From Octopus vulgaris (Eukaryota): a stretch of DNA of 64,000 nt. Location of the stretch: assembly GCA_951406725.2 (NCBI GenBank), contig OX597832.1, positions 57,288,001-57,352,000 on the forward strand, given 5' to 3'. The stretch's first letter is position 1; each line of letters starts with the position of its first letter. Below the pieces are notes generated by a model, which had not been told where the DNA came from, ran no database searches, and worked only from the letters and a program-made list of their open reading frames with translations. The position numbers and the translations under genes are program-made. Shown here piece after piece: positions 1 to 12,430 of this stretch.

Positions 1-195
1 TATATACATATATATATATATACATATATATATATACATATATATATATACATATATATATATACATATATATATACATATATATATATACACATATATA
101 TATATACATATATATATATACATATATATATATATACATATATATATATACATATATATATATACATAAATATATATATACATATATATATATAC

Positions 196-235
<40 letters not shown>

Positions 236-236
236 G
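1..236. repeat. (TA)n/TACA microsatellite
   Basis: Seen directly. Similar TA/TG tracts at 47390-48060, 51230-51640 and 52270-52880. Confidence 0.95.
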
Positions 237-361
237 CGGACGTTAAATGATGATGATGATATATATGTCTATATACACACACACCAGAGTAAGCACATAG
301 ATGTGAAACAAGGTGGAAAAAAATAGTACTCGAATACCAGAAGTAGAGTAATATGCTTTAT

Positions 362-511
362 CAAAAAGCAGCAAAAATATCACAAAAACTGTTACACAGA
401 GTTTCCTGTTCCCATTCGTCAGACAGTTTTGGTTAGAAAAACAAAACTGTCTGACAAACGGGAATATGAAACTCTGAGTAACAGATTTTGTGATATTTTT
501 CCTGCTTTTAA
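362..511. mobile_element. Palindromic Penelope-like terminal repeat with two opposed minimal hammerhead motifs
   Basis: Inverted arms of about 70 bp. The minus arm reads AAAACTGT-CTGACGA-ATGGGAACAG-GAAAC-TCTGT-GTA-ACAGTTTT. The plus arm (443-489) is a mutated copy. Confidence 0.65.
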
Positions 512-3500
512 ATAAAGTATATATATGTGAGTGTGTGTGTGTGTATGTATGTATGTTCGTCCACCCACCATCGTTTGACAACCGATGTTGGTGCGTTTAC
601 ATCCCCATAACTTAGTTGTTCAGCTAAAGAGACCGACAGAATAAGTACTAGGCTTACAAGGAATAAGTTCTGGGGTCAATTTGTTTGACTAAATCCCTTT
701 AAGGCAGTTGTTCCAGCATGGCCACAGTCAAATGGCCGAACCAAGCAAAAAAGTAAAGGAGAATAAATTGCTTATATTTTCTACACAAAATATTATTTTT
801 TTTATACAATTTCTAATATTTAATTATAAAAAATAGTGTAGGGTTTATCTTATATACATCCTGTGCTGGCGACACATAAAAGGCACCTGTGCCAGTGATA
901 TGAAAAAGACACCCAGTACACATGGTGGAGTGGTGGGCATCTGGAAGGGCATCCAGCCATAGAATGGCATGCTAAAAGAGACTGATGCCTGATGCAGCTC
1001 TCTGGCTTATCAGCTCCAGTCGAATCGTCCAACCCATGCCAGCATGGAAAATGGATGTTAAATGATGATGATGATGATGATGATAGCAAATGGCTATGGA
1101 GGTCCAGCAGAGTAAAACAGGAATCAGAAAGGTTCCATAGGCAAAAAATGGTTGAAGAACCACTGCCTTAGAGGCTGCATGGAAAACTTCTGGTTAGTCA
1201 GAAGGGTAAGGGTGATGCTAAAGGGCTTTTTGCTAGGGCCACCAAGACCAATGGGAAAAGGAGAGGAATATCTTCTGTTTTTTCTACCTTGTCTGAATTC
1301 TTGCAACAAACTGGACACAGGTAATGGCACCAGGTAGCACATTAAGCTAAGGAATGATTTAGTCTACCAACCTACACATTCTAGCATCATGATTCATCGG
1401 AAAATAGTTTGGAATGGTTTTGCATCGCCTTCTCCTGGACAAGGGAAGGATATGAGTTGAAAAGGAGACATTAATTATAAGCTCTCTGATATGCAGATGA
1501 CAGAAGTCAAAGTTTATCATCATTTTTAGCCAGCTGTCTGATAATCTAAGATCAAGACTGATGGCTTCTGCAGCGAAAATGGCAAAGAGCTGTCCAAGAA
1601 AAGATTTGGATGATACATCAACAGATGAAGTATTTATAAACATCGTCATCATCGTTTAAAATCCGTTTTCCATGCTGGCATGGGTTGGGCAGTTTGACTG
1701 AGGACTGGCGAGCCAGGAGGCTGCACCAGGCTCCAATCTGGGAATTGCTTATGATGGTCATGAATATTATCATAATGGTGTCTGGCATGAGGGTACATGG
1801 CTTAGTGGTTAAGGTGTTTGGCTGAAGATTGTAAGGACGTGAGTTTGACTCCTGGTAGTGCATTGTAACCTTGAGCAAGACACTTTATTTCCCGGTGCTC
1901 CAGTTCACACAGCTGGCACAAATGATCTGTACCTGTAATTCAAAGAGGTCAGTCTTGTCACATAAAGGAGCTTTGAAATGCATGTTATGAGATTATCACA
2001 CAGATGATAATAAGTGAAGCAATAGGGTGGTACCCAAGCTTTCAACTACAAATGAACATCTGGCCAAAATATTCTGCTGTCTGTTTTATGTTCAAACAGA
2101 CTAGATCTGGTGTCTCACACCTACCCTACAATGTCATTCTAATGAAACAAAACTCCGTTGCTGGGATACTCAAACTTTCCAGGTGACTGAATGGGTTACA
2201 GGTAGTCTACTGTCTTTCTAAAAGTAAACAATTACATCATCAAAAACCTTGAAGTTATAAGATAATGTATGATTAGTTCAAAACAATGTGAATAAATAAG
2301 CATTACATTTAGACAGAATAATCTGAATGCTAAAGTGTTAAAATATGCCTGATGATGATGGATTTTTTGCCATGATGTGATCTATGAATGCATCAATAAA
2401 ATGTTCTTGAAGCGGGTGTAATGAATTTTGAACCCCACTAGTGATTTTCTTTTGTACATATGCTGAACTTGGACCTGTCCCTGGGATGGATCTACAATTT
2501 ATATTGGACTGGTACCTACGTGTATATACATCTGTCTATGTGTATATATATATATATAGGGAGAGAGAGAGAGAGAGGTTATGAGAGGTGTTAAGAAGAC
2601 CCAAAGGTGTCAGGTAATGCTGAGTAAGTGCTATGGATAGACCATAGTTAAGCTCAAGGTTCGGTGTTTATGTGAATGAGGAGCCCAACATAGGTCATGT
2701 ATCAGCATGTGTATATATAAAAATTAACAGAATGAGATAAAAATCCAAGGCTGTGAAAGATTTTAGAACATTTATAAATATATGGTCTTACAGCTGTTTC
2801 TGGGATATTTTATATATCCCTTCATTGAATATTCCTCTCCTTTTCCCATTGGTCTTGGTGGCCCTAGCAAAAAGCCCTTTGGCATTACTCTTACCCTTCT
2901 GACTAGTCTTCCATCTATAGCTAGATGTGTGAGTGTATATATGTACACATACAGCATACAACCAACAAACAACAACTTTAAGTTGCTCCAGAGTGTTATA
3001 GGCTCAGTACCTGGCCTATATTCGGTAGTCATCGAACCAAGTGAAATCATAGTCTGATGCCAGTGTCGTGAAACTGGTACTGATGTTGGCGGTGTGTAAA
3101 AATAATCCGTTACACTCTCAAAGTGGTTGGCATTAAGAAAGGCATCCAGCCGTAGAAGCCATGCAGAGTTAGACTGGAACTTGGTGCAGGTCTTTGGCTT
3201 ACCAGTTCCAGTAGTTAAACTATCTAATCCATGCCAGCACGGAAAGCAGATGCTAAGTGATGACAATGATGATGATGATAACGACTGTTTTTGTTATTAT
3301 TATTTTTACGTATTTTTTTATTCTTATTCGTGTAACAGCGTCCGTTTTTCCGTCATTGTTTTGTATACATTCGAAGCTTTCTTCCAAGGAATCTAATGCG
3401 CTTGGCTTAGATTTTCCTTTGGGGCTGGCCAGATCGGAGCAATCTCAAGATTATTCAGCCGCAATTGCGAGGATGATCCGGTTCTTGTATTTTGTATCAT

Positions 3501-3779
3501 CTTCTAAATGTTTTGCATTCTTGTCCCACTTTGTATTTTTTTACATATACATATATATATATATATACAGTCTACTCTGCTGAGTGGTCGGTGTTAGGAA
3601 GGGCATCCGGCTACAAAAATCCTGCCAAAACAGTTACAGAAGTCTGGTGCAGCCTTCTGCCTGGCTGGCTCCTGTCAAACTGTCCCACCAATGCTAGCAT
3701 GGAAGACAGATGTTAAATAATGATGATGATGATGATACATGTATGTATGTATCTATGCTTGTATGTATGTATGCATTAC

Positions 3780-3874
3780 CTCAGTCGAACATAGGCTGAC
3801 ATTGTTGGATCCTGGAGTAATTCAGCTTCATGTGGTGAGATGGTCTGAAGAAAAACACTTGTGATACACTGTTC
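3780..3874 (-). CDS. CXorf58: CXorf58-like protein, next coding exon (EQCITSVFLQTISPHEAELLQDPTMSAYVRLR)
   Basis: Acceptor ttttcttttgtag, donor AG|GTAATG, 95 nt, in frame with 5835-5927. Resembles EFYVTHEILKKVAPLEAKLIKDPTMQCKIRFR. The next conserved exon (FxGxxFPP) was not found in the window. Confidence 0.82.
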
Positions 3875-4770
3875 CTACAAAAGAAAAAAAATGCTACATG
3901 TTAATATTTGCCTCCTCTAAGGCAACAAGCTGGCAGAATCATTAGTACGCCAGGCAAAACGCTCAGTGGCATTTTGTCCGTCTTTATGTTCTGAGCTCAG
4001 ATTCTGCCATGGTCGAACTTGCCTTTCATCCTTGAACACTGGGGGTCAATGTAATCGACTTACCCCCTACCCCAAACTTGTTGGCTTTGTGCCAGAATTT
4101 GAAACCAATATCAGAATTTGCAGAAGCAAACAACCCATGCTAGTATGTTTGGAAAACAAAATACATATTGAATTCCTTTGTGTTTGTAGAGTTTATAGAA
4201 ATAAGGGAGAAAGAAAATGGAATCCACGAAGCTCTTTATTATTCACTATAATAGGCACAGGCATGGCCGGGCAGCAAGAAGCTTGCTTCCCAACCACATG
4301 GTTCTGGGTTCACTCCCACTATTGAATAGAAAAACCAGCATCCACATGGTTCCAAGATCAGTCTTACCTTGAGTAAGTGTCTTCTATTATAGTTCCAGGC
4401 TGACCAAAACCTTGTGGGTGAATTTGATAGTCAGAAACTAAAAGACCATCAGCCCATCATATAATATATACACATATAATTATATACATACATACATGCC
4501 TGGCCCCCGTGCCGGTAGCACGTAAAAGCACCATCCGTTCGTGGCCGTTTGCCAGCTCTGTCTAGCACCTGTGCAGGTGGCATGTAAAAAGCACCCACTA
4601 CACTCACGGAGTGGTTGGCGTTAGGAAGGGCATCCAGCCGTAGAAACACTGCCAAATCTGACTGGGCCTGATGAAGCCTTCCGGCTTCACAGACCCCAGT
4701 TAAACCGTCCAACCCATGCTAGCATGGAAAACAGACGCTAAATGATGATGATGATGATGATGATATATAT

Positions 4771-4838
4771 ATAGTATAGTGGGATAAGTATCCCCGCCTG
4801 TCATGCGGGAGACCAGGGTTCAATTCCCCGTCGGGGAG
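4771..4838 (+). pseudogene. tRNA-Asp(GTC) pseudogene, 5'-truncated
   Basis: ATAGTATAGTGG..AAGTATCCCCGCCTGTCATGCGGGAGACCAGGGTTCAATTCCCCGTCGGGGAG is close to metazoan tRNA-Asp. The 5' acceptor strand TCCTCG is missing. A T-run follows. Confidence 0.85.
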
Positions 4839-4851
4839 GCTCATTTTTTTA

Positions 4852-5014
4852 GGTGTGGGAGTGGCTGTGTGGTAAGTAGCTTGCTTACAAACCACATGGT
4901 TCTGGATTCAGTCCCACTGTGTGGCATCCTGGGCAAGTGTCTTCTACTATAGCTTCAGGCTGATGAAAGCCTTGTGAGTGGATTTGGTAGACAGAAACTG
5001 AAAGAAGCCCATCG

Positions 5015-5053
<39 letters not shown>

Positions 5054-5260
5054 ATGTATATATTTGTGTGTCTGCGTTTGTCCCCCTCCCCCAACCATTG
5101 CTTGACAACCGATGTTGGTGTGCTTACATCCTCGTAACATAAGTGGTCCGGCAAAAGAGACCGATACAATAAGAAGTGCGCTTACAAAGAATAAGTCCTG
5201 GGGTCGATTTGTTTGACTAAAGGTGGTGCTTCCGGCATGGCTGAAACAAATGAAAAAATA
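4852..5260 (+). mobile_element. tRNA-derived SINE, GGCTGTGTGGTAAG family with internal (TA)/(TG) microsatellite (representative)
   Basis: A-box/B-box-like head and CORE-like CCTGGGCAAGTGTC. Copies at 11292-11690, 27877-28500, 46283-46675 and 54230-54605 (+), 55836-56300 (-), plus many fragments. Confidence 0.8.
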
Positions 5261-5834
5261 CAATTGTTTTGATTGTACTGATGTCCAACATACGTATATG
5301 CATGTGTGTGTGTGTGTGTGTGTATCTGCAATGTGTGTGTTTGTGTTTGCCCACCACTGCCGTTTGATGGTCAGTGTTGTTGAGAAGTGAAATTGAACCA
5401 GTGTGTGTATGTTTGTTGTAAGTGAATTGAGTAGATGGAAACTGCTTGGAAGCCTGTCATATCAACATCATCATTCAATGTCTGTTTTCCATGCTGGATT
5501 TGACAGGATATCTGGTGATCCATGGGGCTGCATTGTGTTCAACACGTGTGTGTGTATGCATCCGTCTTGTCCACTTCCACTATTGCCATTGCTGCCACCA
5601 CCACCACCATTTGACAACCGGTGTTGGTTTGTTTGAATCCACATAACTCAGCAGATCAGCTATAGAGGCCAATGGAATTAGCAGAAGGCTTAAAAAAAAA
5701 AAAACAAGTACTTGGGTGGCGTCAATATTTTTTGCACCTAAAATCCTTCAGAGCAGTGGTCAGGCATGGTCGCAGTCCAGTGACTGAATCAAGTGAAAAG
5801 ATAAAAAAATAAAAAGGAACTTATCTCTACATAC

Positions 5835-5927
5835 AGCAGCGCAAACGGCATGTTTCAAAAGCTTAAATATCTTCCGGTCCCTGCTGGATAACCAGGCTCT
5901 TTCAATCGTTTGAACTGCTTCTCTCAT
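5835..5927 (-). CDS. CXorf58: CXorf58-like protein, coding exon (MREAVQTIERAWLSSRDRKIFKLLKHAVCAA)
   Basis: Long polypyrimidine tract then cag acceptor; donor GCT|GTATGT; 93 nt. Resembles recalled human CXorf58 AQIIQRAWLSHTNKMIFRLLKHAICAA. The leading ATG may be the start codon. Confidence 0.82.
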
Positions 5928-6590
5928 CTGTTGCATGTAAAAAAAAAAAAGAAAAAAAAAGATAAAAACACAGAACAAATAAATAAATCACGGCAGGCCA
6001 AACTGCTGCACTTTGCATGGCAAATGCAGATCTGCACACAAAAGATTTGTTTTAGCTTTGTGGTTTATTAACAACCTCAACTGTGTGGTTTTGAGTTTGT
6101 CTCACCCAGAAACAGTTGTAGGAGTAGCTGTGTGGTGAGAAGTTTGCCTCCTGACCGCATGGTTCTGAGTTCAGTCCCGCTGTGTGACACCATGTGTAAG
6201 TGACTTTTATCTTAACCTTGAACTGACCAAAGCCTTGTGAGTGGATTTGGTAGACAGAAACTGAAAGAAGCCCATCATATGCAGGCATACATATATGTGT
6301 GCGTGTGTGTCAGAATTTGCTCCCCATCACTGCTTAACTAGTCTTGGTGTGTTTAATGTCCTTGCAACTTATATATATATATATAGGTTAACCCAAACAA
6401 GAAAGCACAAAAAAACACAACAACGCGAGGACGTGGAACAAATATAGTATTATTGGACGCTCAGGAAAGAAGGAAAGAAGGAGGGTTTAACGTTTCGAGT
6501 GGAGCTCTTTGTCGGAAACATAGGAGAAGGAAAGATCCAGATAAAAATCGCCAACGGTACACACGAGGTCACATATATATATATATATGT

Positions 6591-6889
6591 GGAGGCGCAA
6601 TGGCCCAGTGGTTAGGGCAGCGGACTCGCGGTTGTAGGATTGCAGTTTCGATTCCCAGACCGGGTGTTGTGAGTGTTTATTGAGCGAAAACACCTAAAGC
6701 TCCACAAGGCTCTGGCAGTGGGAGGTGGCAACCCTGCTGTACTCTTTCGCCACAACTTTCTCTCACTCTTTCTTCTGTTGGTCTGCTCGCTTAGCCAGCA
6801 GGGCGGTGTCATTTGAAGGCTAAAACAATGCGAAGCGCATTGTGACCAGCGATGTGTAGCAGCATCTGATAGCCTGGTCGGTCACGGCG
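6591..6889 (+). mobile_element. tRNA-derived SINE, GGAGGCGCAATGGCCCAGTGGTTAGG family
   Basis: tRNA-like head with B-box-like TTTCGATTCC. Second copy at 43566-43815. Confidence 0.75.
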
Positions 6890-6954
<65 letters not shown>

Positions 6955-7372
6955 AAAGAAGAAAAGAAAATGAAGATAAGGAAGTTAGCAATTTTTTGTT
7001 ATTAACAACAAATTGGTCATCTTCGCTTCTTACAGCCGTTTCAATTAATACTCAATAATTTAATTACAAATCTGTACATTAAATTTGCATTGATGTGACA
7101 TGAGCATAATTTCATCAGAGAGAAAGAAAAAAAAAGATGTACCTTGAAATATTGTATGTAGACTTATTAATTCATTTCAGAAATGAATTGATAGGTCCAC
7201 ATATAACTTTCAAAAGTACATCTTTTTTTCTCTAATGAAATTATACTCATGTACAAATTTGTTATTAAAGTATTGAGTATTAATTGAATGGGCTATAAGA
7301 AGGGAAGATGACCGATTTGTTAATAATAAACAATAATTAACTTCCTTATTTCCATTTTCTTTTCCTCTTTGA
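6955..7372. mobile_element. Approx. 420-bp palindrome, Penelope-like inverted terminal repeats with a hammerhead motif
   Basis: Imperfect arms of about 200 bp centred at about 7180 (AATTCATTTC A GAAATGAATT). Minus strand 7125-7026 has CTGATGA...GAAACGGCTGTA. Confidence 0.65.
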
Positions 7373-8832
7373 AATGGATATAAACTATATGCTTAATATA
7401 TACCTACTGTTTTCAGGGAATTTCATTCCCCCAAAATACTCAGTATTGAATCAGTATTCCTTTATTTACATAATATCGAGGTCTCATTCATTCTTTTGTT
7501 GTCAATCTATTATTATCAATATATATATATATATATATATTTGTAGTGCACCCCTTGCCGATGGCATGTAGAAAGCACCCGCTGCCACTCTTGGAATGTT
7601 TGGCATTAAGAAGTGCATCCAACTGTAGAAACCAAGCCAAATAAAACTGGGACCTGGTGCAGCTGCACTCAAACAGTCCAACCGAAGCCAGGATAGATAA
7701 CAGATGTTAAATGATGACGATGATGATGGTGGTGATGGTGATGGTGGTGGTAGTGGTAATGATGATGATGATAATGATGATGATGACGATAATGATGATG
7801 ATTTTCTATGCTTCAAAGAGTGAAACAGAATCTATTGTGGCTGATTATCTACAGCTGGATACTCTTCCAGTCACAAACCCTCACCTGTTTCCTGTTCAGG
7901 TAATATTTCCTCATGACTGGATATGCTTTCAAAGAATATTGGAAACAAAGGACACCGCTTGTATGACAGTGACACTCATTTACAACTATCACACAATATT
8001 AAGGCAAGGAGACAGTAACACACACACACAAAAGCTTATATATAATGAGCTTCTTTCAGTTTCATCTCACAAGGCTTTGGTTGGCTTGCGGCTATAGTAG
8101 AAGAAACTTGCCCAAGGTGCCATGCAGTGGGACTGAACCATGTACCATGTGGTTGGGAAGCAAACTTCTTACCACACAGCCATGCTTGTCACTGTTTTTT
8201 CTTTATTTGAAAGAGTATTAGGGTGTAACTTGAAGTAGGTTTGGCTGTTGTTTCTAGCAGAGTGACTAACCACAACCACAACCACTTGGAGCTTCTCCCA
8301 TTAGCTATTTGCACCGTATTATAATGTTCTTGTTTAAAGTGTTCTTCAAGACTGGAGCAACAACAACAAAAGAATCAAAAGAACAAAAAGGAAACAAAAA
8401 ACAAAACGAAATAAAACCAAACAAAATAAAAAAAAAACAAAACAAAAAACAATAAAAGCGAACAAAATAGAAAAAGAAAAGAAAAGGGAAAAAATGATAA
8501 GCAAAAAGAAAAGACAACAAATTAATAATAATAATAATAATAATGATTTCTTTTATTTGCCATGAGGGTGAAGAATGAAGGGACAATACAAAGACAGACA
8601 TAAAGTGTGGGTGGGTGGGGAGTTACATATAATGAAATGATTTTAAAAATGTATATATATATAGATATATCATCATCGTCATTGGTTAACATGCATACAC
8701 ACACACATATATATATATATATATACACATGTATATATATGTGTGTGTGTGTATGTATATATATATATATATATATAAAGGATATACAGTATACAATAAA
8801 ACAGAGATGCATATATAGTATGCAACAGTAGA

Positions 8833-8865
<33 letters not shown>

Positions 8866-9189
8866 CATCAATAGTAATAATAATAATAATGATAACAATA
8901 ATAATAATAACGATAATAATAATGATGATGATGGTGATAATAATAATAATGATAATAATAACAATAATAATAACAATAATAATAATAATGATAATAATAA
9001 CAATAATAATAATAACGATAATAATAATGATGGTGATAATGTTAATAATAATAATGATAATGATGATGATGATAATGATGATGATAATAATAATAATAAA
9101 AAAATCTCACATACTCGTCTTTCCGCCATTGTGTTTTATTGAAAAAACTTTCTCATAAATTGTTCTGAAAGTCCATTTTTATATTTTAC

Positions 9190-9297
9190 CAATTTCCTGC
9201 TGTGATATATTTTCTTGTAAAGTAGATCTGAACATTGATTGTTACATGAGGTAGCACTTGAGTGAATCGGTTGATTCTCCTCTTGAACGCTTCATTT
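9190..9297 (-). other. Candidate 5' (probably non-coding or uORF-bearing) exon of the CXorf58-like gene
   Basis: Unique sequence bounded by a strong acceptor (ctctcctttttatcttttcccag) and TTG|GTAAAA. The frame that would join exon 5835-5927 has a TGA and no ATG. Confidence 0.35.
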
Positions 9298-9479
9298 CTG
9301 GGAAAAGATAAAAAGGAGAGGAAAATTAAAACGAAGGCGCCGGCATGGCTGTGCCGATGAGAAGTTTGCTTTCCAATCACATGGTTCCAGGTTCAGTCCC
9401 CAGCTGCGTACACCTTGGACAAGTGTATCTTACTATAGCCCTCGAGCTGACCAAAGCCTTGTGAGTAGATTTTGCAGAT

Positions 9480-9895
9480 GGGATCTTTTCGGTTTGAACG
9501 GCAGTTTTTTAATATAATTTCCACCTAACTAAACACTTTTAAACTTCGTATACTGGTAGAATGTGTTTATAAAACATCTTTTTCTCTTGGCTTTATTGAG
9601 AAAATTCTATAGTTTGTAAGATATTTGTTGTTTTTTTTCTTCAGTTTCTGCAATTTCAACCAATCACTGACGTCTATTGAGGTAAAAAAAAACATTCTGC
9701 GCCGTATGAATATGTCCCTCATTTAAGAATCAGATTGGGTTTGTTTACATTTCTGAAGAAAAAAAGATACCCTTCCTCCCACCCTAACCCTAAAACAGAT
9801 TGAAATGCAATAGATCGATACTAGGGTCATAATTATGGGTGACAATTTCATACGACACCGCTAGAAAAAACTGCCGTTCAAACCGAAAAGATCCC
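9480..9895. mobile_element. MITE with perfect 31-bp TIRs
   Basis: GGGATCTTTTCGGTTTGAACGGCAGTTTTTT at the left end and its exact reverse complement at the right. Internal CCCTAACCCTAA. It truncates a SINE. Confidence 0.85.
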
Positions 9896-10045
9896 CTCAT
9901 TAAGTGTGTATGTATCTCTCACTTGTTTCTATCATTAGACTGTGGCCATGCTGGGGCACTGCCGTGACAAACTTTTAGTCGAATGAATCACCTCAGTATT
10001 TATTTTTTTTTACAGCCTGGTACTTATGCTATCAGTCTCTTTGGC

Positions 10046-10083
<38 letters not shown>

Positions 10084-10369
10084 TGATACACAGAACAGAT
10101 ATATATATATACAGAACATATGTTATACTTACATATATGAATGCTCATACATGCATATATATGCATGTATGCGCAAGTCCAGCTTAAATTGCCCGCCAAA
10201 CAGCTCCAATGCACTATATGGTCAAAATAAACACTGCAGTGAATACAATGATGAAATATATAAATTTATAAATAAGGATAATATCGATATTTAAATATCG
10301 ATCTTATCAAGTGGCTAGCATGGGAATAAATACCATACAAAGGTAATAATTTTTTAAAACTATATATAT

Positions 10370-11090
10370 GTTAGTTAGTTAGTTAGTTAGTTAATTTGGC
10401 TCAAAAGCAAATAGCAAGGCCATGTAGGGGGACATGGAGTTAAGTACAGGGTGGTGTTCATGTAAAGAGTTCAGGCCACTTGAGGTCCAAGGAGGCTTTG
10501 AACAAAGCGGTCGTCGGCATCTTCACCATCTCGTCTGGCAGCTTGTTCCACGGACGGAGAAAGCTCCTCTCCTTCGATTGAGATGAAATCGTCGCAGGTA
10601 GAGCTTTTCGGAATGACCCCGCAGCCGACGCTCTGGAGCAGGAGTGAAGAACAGCTCTTTCGAGAGGTTACACTTTCCGCTTATGATGTTGTGGGCGAGA
10701 ATGAGATCACCACGGCGGCGGCGTTTTTCAAGAGAATAAAGTTTGAGCGTCCTCAGCCTTTCTTCGTAGGACAAATTTTGAGACCATGAACCATGCGGGT
10801 AGCCAGCTTCTGGACTCTTTCGAGATGCTGTATGTCTTTGAGGAGATAAGGAGAAGAGGCTTGAATCCCATACTCCAATATGGGTCTCACCAGCGTGACA
10901 TAGAGTGGTAGGAATATGGCTGCTGTGAGCATTCCAAATGACCGTCGAATCAAGAACAGAATTCCGTGTGCTTTGTTGGCAGCATGGACGCACTGGCCGA
11001 AGGCGAAAAGGAGGAATCCACCAAGATACCCAGGTCCTTTACCTGATCGGTCCTCTCCAGCAGCAGACGACCCGGCTCGAAATCAAGTTA
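10370..11090 (-). mobile_element. CR1-clade LINE 3' fragment (ORF2 C-terminus, frameshifted)
   Basis: LYVTLVRPILEYGIQASSPY...LERVQKLATRMV / LSYEERLRTLKLYSLEKRRRRGDLI...RLRGHSEKL, ending in a (TAAC)n tail. Confidence 0.9.
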
Positions 11091-12351
11091 TTGAAATCAA
11101 ATCATATATATATATATGTATATTTATACATATGAAATTTTGAATTTAATTCATGGACCCCCAGTACTATGTTTGTGGACCACTAGGGGTCCAATGACCA
11201 CAAATTGGGAATCAAGGTTGTAGCTTTTGTGGATACGAAACCATTGGTCACTCTATGACCAGAATTAAAAATACATATATATATATATATAAGTGGCTGT
11301 GTTGTAAGAAGCCTGCTTCCTATCCACATGGCTCTGGATTCAGTCCCACTGCAAGGCACCTTGGGCCTGTGTCTTCTTCTATAGCCTTGGACCGACCAAA
11401 GCCTTGTGAGTGGATTTGGTGGACGGAAACTGAAAGAAGCCCGTCATATATATATATATATATGTGTGTGCGTGCACGCGTATACATTTATGTGTGTCTG
11501 TGTTTGTCTCCCCTACATTGCTTGACAACCAATGCTGGTGTGTTTACATCCCCGTAACCTAGCAGTTCGGCAAAATAGACCGATAGAATAAGTACTAGGC
11601 TTACAATGAATAATCCCTGGGGTCGATTTGTTCGACTAAAAGGCAGTGCTCCAGCATGGCCGCAGTCAAATGACTGAAACAAGTAAAAGTATATATAGAT
11701 ACACACACACACACACATATAATTATACATACATAAATAGTTGAATATTAAATTAAATGATCATTTCATATCTTTTAGGGTAGAGGACTATATTTATTAA
11801 TTTTTACAAGGAAACCATTAACAGTGACTTCGAAGTTGAAATTTACCAGCTCTCTCTATACAGTCTGAGGACAGCTAGTAAGCAGAATCTTCGAAGTCAC
11901 AATCAACCTTTCCTTTATAAATTTCTCTCTCTTCCTTTCCTTTCTTCTAATCTTATGGCAAATACCACGTCCGAAAGGACGGTGATAATCAAAAATTTTT
12001 CCTAGAAACTGAAAATATTTAACGGTTTATCAAACACAAGAAAAAAGAAAAAAAAAAGGAAGAATAAAAAACCTTATAGTGTCTAACTTATCCAATACAG
12101 GGAGTTGAAAAACTCGAGTCAATTAAAAACTATCTATGTAATTAGTAGAAAAACACACCCCTTAAGTTAACACCCAGATGGTGTGTTTAGTCTGCTACTA
12201 ATTGCGTGTATATTCTTAGTTGATTAAATTTCCCCACTTCCTATATTGAATATGTGAGGCCGTACTGTATGTTTATTCAGTAAACAGAAGGCTACCCAGG
12301 GGCATCTTCTTTCCCACTCAGTCCTAAATTGTTGATTAAAAATAAGAAACG

Positions 12352-12430
12352 ACTTACTCAATCCGAAAAGTGTGCGCAGCTGTCTCTATAGCAACGGAAG
12401 GCTAAAAACACAGACCGGGCCCGGCGGAAA
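12352..12430 (-). other. Candidate first exon/TSS region of the CXorf58-like gene with donor GA|GTAAGT
   Basis: Consensus minus-strand donor (plus strand acttac, 12352-12357) inside a short CpG-retaining island next to the X-box. Confidence 0.45.
12382..12395. promoter_or_regulatory. RFX X-box GTCTCTATAGCAAC
   Basis: Exact fit to the ciliary-gene X-box consensus GTHNYY-AT-RRNAAC. It lies in a CpG-rich patch between two divergent genes, one of them IFT80. Confidence 0.7.

Noticed and set aside
1359-1652. 97-aa minus-strand ORF as the next CXorf58-like exon
   Set aside because: It has no similarity to the expected continuation and begins inside an RTE tail.
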